64,000 bases of DNA, taken from Candidatus Heimdallarchaeota archaeon (lineage in GTDB: Archaea; Asgardarchaeota; Heimdallarchaeia; Heimdallarchaeales; Heimdallarchaeaceae). Positions 60,657 through 64,000 of this stretch are shown one piece after another. The notes below the pieces were generated by a model. That model was not told the origin of the DNA. It was given only the letters and a program-made list of their open reading frames with translations, and ran no database searches. The stretch's first letter is position 1. The number at the start of each line of letters is the position of its first letter. Location of the stretch: assembly GCA_019057815.1 (NCBI GenBank), contig JAHLWR010000003.1, forward strand, positions 164,553 through 228,552, given 5' to 3'. The position numbers and the translations under genes were made by a program.

Positions 60657-62525
60657 ATGTCTCAAATTCTATATGATAAAGAAAAGAAAAATCTACCTGA
60701 TGTAGGGTTGTCAATGGGATTTTTGATCAATAAACTAAATCGAGAATCACTAGATAAACACATACGAAAGCTTAAAAGATACTTTTTACGAACAATAAAG
60801 GTTTCAAATTTTGAATATAAAGAAGTCAATACGTTCATATTCATTACATCTTCAATACCATATCACAAAGTTGCATCTACGAAACAACGAGAAGAAATTG
60901 AATATCAAATAAAAGGTTTTATTCTTAAATATAGTCTAAAAGAAAGTAGTAGGTATAAAGTACAAATCAGTAAAAATATTGAAATCAAAGATATCTCTAA
61001 AATCCTCTCAAATCTAGTTAAATCATCTGAATCACCAAATTCAGAGGAGTTAGAACTTGAAATAGTTAGAAGGTCAGAAGAAATTAAACAAAGAGCAATG
61101 GTTCACGTTAATAATGTCTTACTGAACAGTTTTGTTATTTTGTGGGAATATCCTGATAACGAACCAGATTTAATTTCTTTCCCTGATGATTTTTCTCTAA
61201 AAATAGAAAAAAGAGAGCTTGTGAATAAAGAATTTCAACTAAGAGCTCTATTAGAAAATCTGACAATAATTCAATTCTCTAAAATGTGCGTGTCAAACCT
61301 TTCTTGGATAGTAGGGTCTTTCGAGCACTCCATTGATACCTTGACTCTTTTATTTAGAGATGAAAGTGAAAAAAAGAGATTAGTTAAAAATGTCAACAAA
61401 CAATTGTGGAGATCATTAAGAGTAACATTTGGTTTATTATCAACAACACAACAAATTCTCTCTGATCTTCTAAAACAAGTCAATAGAATTAATGAAATAA
61501 AAAATGATTTGTCAAAACAGGTTGAAGAATTAGAGCTTGATGAGTTAAGAAATTATCTGACCAAGATAAATTTAGATGCGGAATGTACAGATTACATTGT
61601 ATGGCTAAATCAACTTCAGCAAACAGTAAAATTATCTTATCAAAACCTTCTAGAGCTTATAAATTGCTGTCATGATGTTCCAGATAGGAAAACAGGTGAC
61701 GTTTCCAAATTAATACACAGTTTTTCATGGATTCAATCTGATATTCAAGTGATGAAGTTTTTCTCGGATAAGTTCAGAGATGTAGCCTTTTTCCAATCAA
61801 TTCCACATGAGGTTAGATACGAAGATGAAACAGAGATAGAAGTTCACGACGATGTTATTTTGAAAGGAATTGCTCTTTTCAAAACTTATCGTTTATTCGG
61901 TTCTACTATTTATGCTTTAAGAGGTTCAGATATAGAATTAAAGAAAGGGGAGATGGTCGCAATACTTGGACCCTCAGGAAGTGGTAAGACTACTCTTCTT
62001 AACTTGCTCTCAGGTCTAGATACTCCTGAAAGAGGAGGGGTCTTCATTTTGGGCAAAAACATTAACAAACTTTCTGACAGAGAAATATCGTCATTCAGAA
62101 GAAAAAACATGGGGTTCATCTTTCAATATTACAACTTGATTCCTCAACTTACAGTACTGGAAAATGTTATGTTACCTGCACTCATGATTGGTCAACCTCA
62201 ATCAAAAGTCATGAAAAGAGCAATAAATTTGTTAGTAGAAGTGGGAATTGAAGAATATAAAAACCAATTTCCAATAAAACTATCTGGAGGACAAATGCAG
62301 AGAGTAACTATAGCTAGATCGATGATTAACGACCCATCAATTCTTTTTGCAGATGAGCCAACAGGAGACCTTGATTCGCAAACAGGACTTATAGTTGTCG
62401 AATTAATCCAAAAATTTGCTAGAGAAAAGAATATGGGTGTTCTTTTCGTTACGCATGATTTGCAAATGGCAAAGATGTGTGATAGAATCATTCATATCAC
62501 AGATGGTCGTGTAGTATCAGGTTAG
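60657..62525 (+). CDS. ABC ATP-binding protein fused to a ~390-aa N-terminal domain of unknown function
   Basis: C-terminal GPSGSGKT, LSGGQMQRV, ADEPTGDLD, VTHD; N-terminal helical region without motifs. Confidence 0.85.
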   Translation: MSQILYDKEKKNLPDVGLSMGFLINKLNRESLDKHIRKLKRYFLRTIKVSNFEYKEVNTFIFITSSIPYHKVASTKQREEIEYQIKGFILKYSLKESSRYKVQISKNIEIKDISKILSNLVKSSESPNSEELELEIVRRSEEIKQRAMVHVNNVLLNSFVILWEYPDNEPDLISFPDDFSLKIEKRELVNKEFQLRALLENLTIIQFSKMCVSNLSWIVGSFEHSIDTLTLLFRDESEKKRLVKNVNKQLWRSLRVTFGLLSTTQQILSDLLKQVNRINEIKNDLSKQVEELELDELRNYLTKINLDAECTDYIVWLNQLQQTVKLSYQNLLELINCCHDVPDRKTGDVSKLIHSFSWIQSDIQVMKFFSDKFRDVAFFQSIPHEVRYEDETEIEVHDDVILKGIALFKTYRLFGSTIYALRGSDIELKKGEMVAILGPSGSGKTTLLNLLSGLDTPERGGVFILGKNINKLSDREISSFRRKNMGFIFQYYNLIPQLTVLENVMLPALMIGQPQSKVMKRAINLLVEVGIEEYKNQFPIKLSGGQMQRVTIARSMINDPSILFADEPTGDLDSQTGLIVVELIQKFAREKNMGVLFVTHDLQMAKMCDRIIHITDGRVVSG

Positions 62526-62542
62526 ATGCACGATCAATTTTT

Positions 62543-63913
62543 CTATATTTTCTTCTTTTCCAGTCTCATTATTTTCTTTTGCCATTTAGCAAAATAATCA
62601 GGGTCTTCTGGGTATTTTTGAGCTAATTTTTTGATTCTTTCCGCAAGATATAGCGTTTTTATAACTTTAATTAACATCTTTGGTCTTTGAAGAAGTTTTA
62701 TTGCTTTTCCAAAAACAGGGATTTTAGCATCATAAGAATCCATTATTGCATCTACATCCTTTTGTGTAATTATTCCTTTTTCGAAAAGAAAAGCAAATTC
62801 ACTGAAAGGTATAGCATTAAGGAGCTTTTGCACTGCTACACCTAACCCCCCATCATAACCATATAAATTCCAAATTGTAATGTTATATTCCCACAAAGCT
62901 CGCTCATCTGATCGCTGTTCCCTAATTGCTTTTTCAATTACAATCGATGCATAAAAAGCACTTAATAAAGCAGGACCGTGACCTTCACCACTGATAGGAT
63001 TAACTAAAGCTGCAGCATCACCACAGGTGATAAAACCATTGGCAACCATTGAATACAAAGGAAGTCTCCCAGTAAGTGTATCACCAGCACCATCAATTAC
63101 TTCAGCATCTGGAAAGAATTTCTTCCTCAATTTAATAAGAGCTTCCTTAACATTAATATGCTTATTTTGATCATTTATAAGCCACCCCGTGCCAACATTG
63201 AGTGTATCAATTCCCTTAGAAAATATCCAAAAATATCCCGGAGGGGGAAGTTCATCGCGAGCCTCGATTCTCATCTGCTTTTGAAATCGGTGTTTTGTTT
63301 TAGTTTTAATTATTTCACGATAAGAAATGATGGTTTCATGTTTTTGGATTTTATTAGGTATTTTAGAGGTAACTTTAGGATTAAGATTTCTTCTTACAAT
63401 TCCTATAACGCCTGAACAATCTGCAACGATATTAGCATATATATTAACATGATTACCATCAGATTTTCGGATTTTACAGCCTATAACTTTATCATTTTTA
63501 ATTAGTGTTTCAACTACCTTATACTTGCTATAGACCTTAATCCAAGGATAATCTACTAGTGATTTAAGAAGTCTTTGTCCATATTTTAACCTGTCAATAG
63601 CCAAGGATGGAAAAGGGAACTGAAATTCAAAGTTCTCAGAGGGTCGAAAATAAGCAGTATCAAGATTTTGAGCTATTTCTTCTCCTCTTGGTCGATTTAT
63701 ACCTGAGAGCTCAAAAAGCCTTCTTGTAGAAGCAGGTGCAAGAAGATCACCACACGGTTTGTAACCTATTTCCTTTTTAGGTTTCTGATCAATAAGAATG
63801 GAAGGAATATTCCTTTTACCGAGATTAATAGCTAAACTTAATCCTGCTGGGCCAGCTCCCACAATTAAGACATCGGTAACCATGTCTGATAACTTCATTA
63901 TCATTGACAACAA
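62543..63913 (-). CDS. geranylgeranyl reductase family flavoprotein
   Basis: VGAGPAG, KPCGD, GYFWIF, CGDAA..NPISGEG; true start may be slightly downstream. Confidence 0.88.
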   Translation of the reverse strand: MLSMIMKLSDMVTDVLIVGAGPAGLSLAINLGKRNIPSILIDQKPKKEIGYKPCGDLLAPASTRRLFELSGINRPRGEEIAQNLDTAYFRPSENFEFQFPFPSLAIDRLKYGQRLLKSLVDYPWIKVYSKYKVVETLIKNDKVIGCKIRKSDGNHVNIYANIVADCSGVIGIVRRNLNPKVTSKIPNKIQKHETIISYREIIKTKTKHRFQKQMRIEARDELPPPGYFWIFSKGIDTLNVGTGWLINDQNKHINVKEALIKLRKKFFPDAEVIDGAGDTLTGRLPLYSMVANGFITCGDAAALVNPISGEGHGPALLSAFYASIVIEKAIREQRSDERALWEYNITIWNLYGYDGGLGVAVQKLLNAIPFSEFAFLFEKGIITQKDVDAIMDSYDAKIPVFGKAIKLLQRPKMLIKVIKTLYLAERIKKLAQKYPEDPDYFAKWQKKIMRLEKKKI

Positions 63914-64000
63914 TTAGTGTTCTAAAAATCTTTTTCTAATAATTTACAGAAATTGTTAACTCAACAGACATGGGTTACACTTGAGGGTAAATGGAGAGTC

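Overview
AT-rich, gene-dense archaeal chromosomal segment, most consistent with an Asgard archaeon (Heimdallarchaeia-like). This assignment is inferred from archaeal information genes (TFB, Rpo12/RpoP, aIF1/SUI1, alpha2 GlyRS, archaeal AspRS, type II MetAP, GGR) together with eukaryote-like proteins: a Rab-like GTPase, a zinc-ribbon/RING E3-like protein, a Get3-like ATPase with CxxC, and a TRAP-beta-like protein. Housekeeping blocks include pyrD-K-C-F/pyrE, fixABCX, glpK, htpX, an M42 peptidase and a MacB-type ABC system. Accessory content includes duplicated VIT-vWA surface proteins, three beta-helix surface proteins, three DegV genes plus a remnant, and a solo TnpB. Best candidates for new biology: (1) a stand-alone, separately promoted copy of the TnpB omega-RNA scaffold 13 kb from tnpB, with compensatory base changes and a different 3' guide; the TnpB itself has a rearranged RuvC-II; (2) beta-helix adhesin genes that appear to move as a discrete cassette with conserved non-coding ends; (3) a TRAP-beta-like gene directly upstream of Get3; (4) a class II CCA enzyme in an archaeon; (5) an ATT-initiated RING gene; (6) a long hairpin in the tfb leader. 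No tRNA, rRNA or CRISPR array was recognised. All family assignments come from motifs read by eye; no searches were run.
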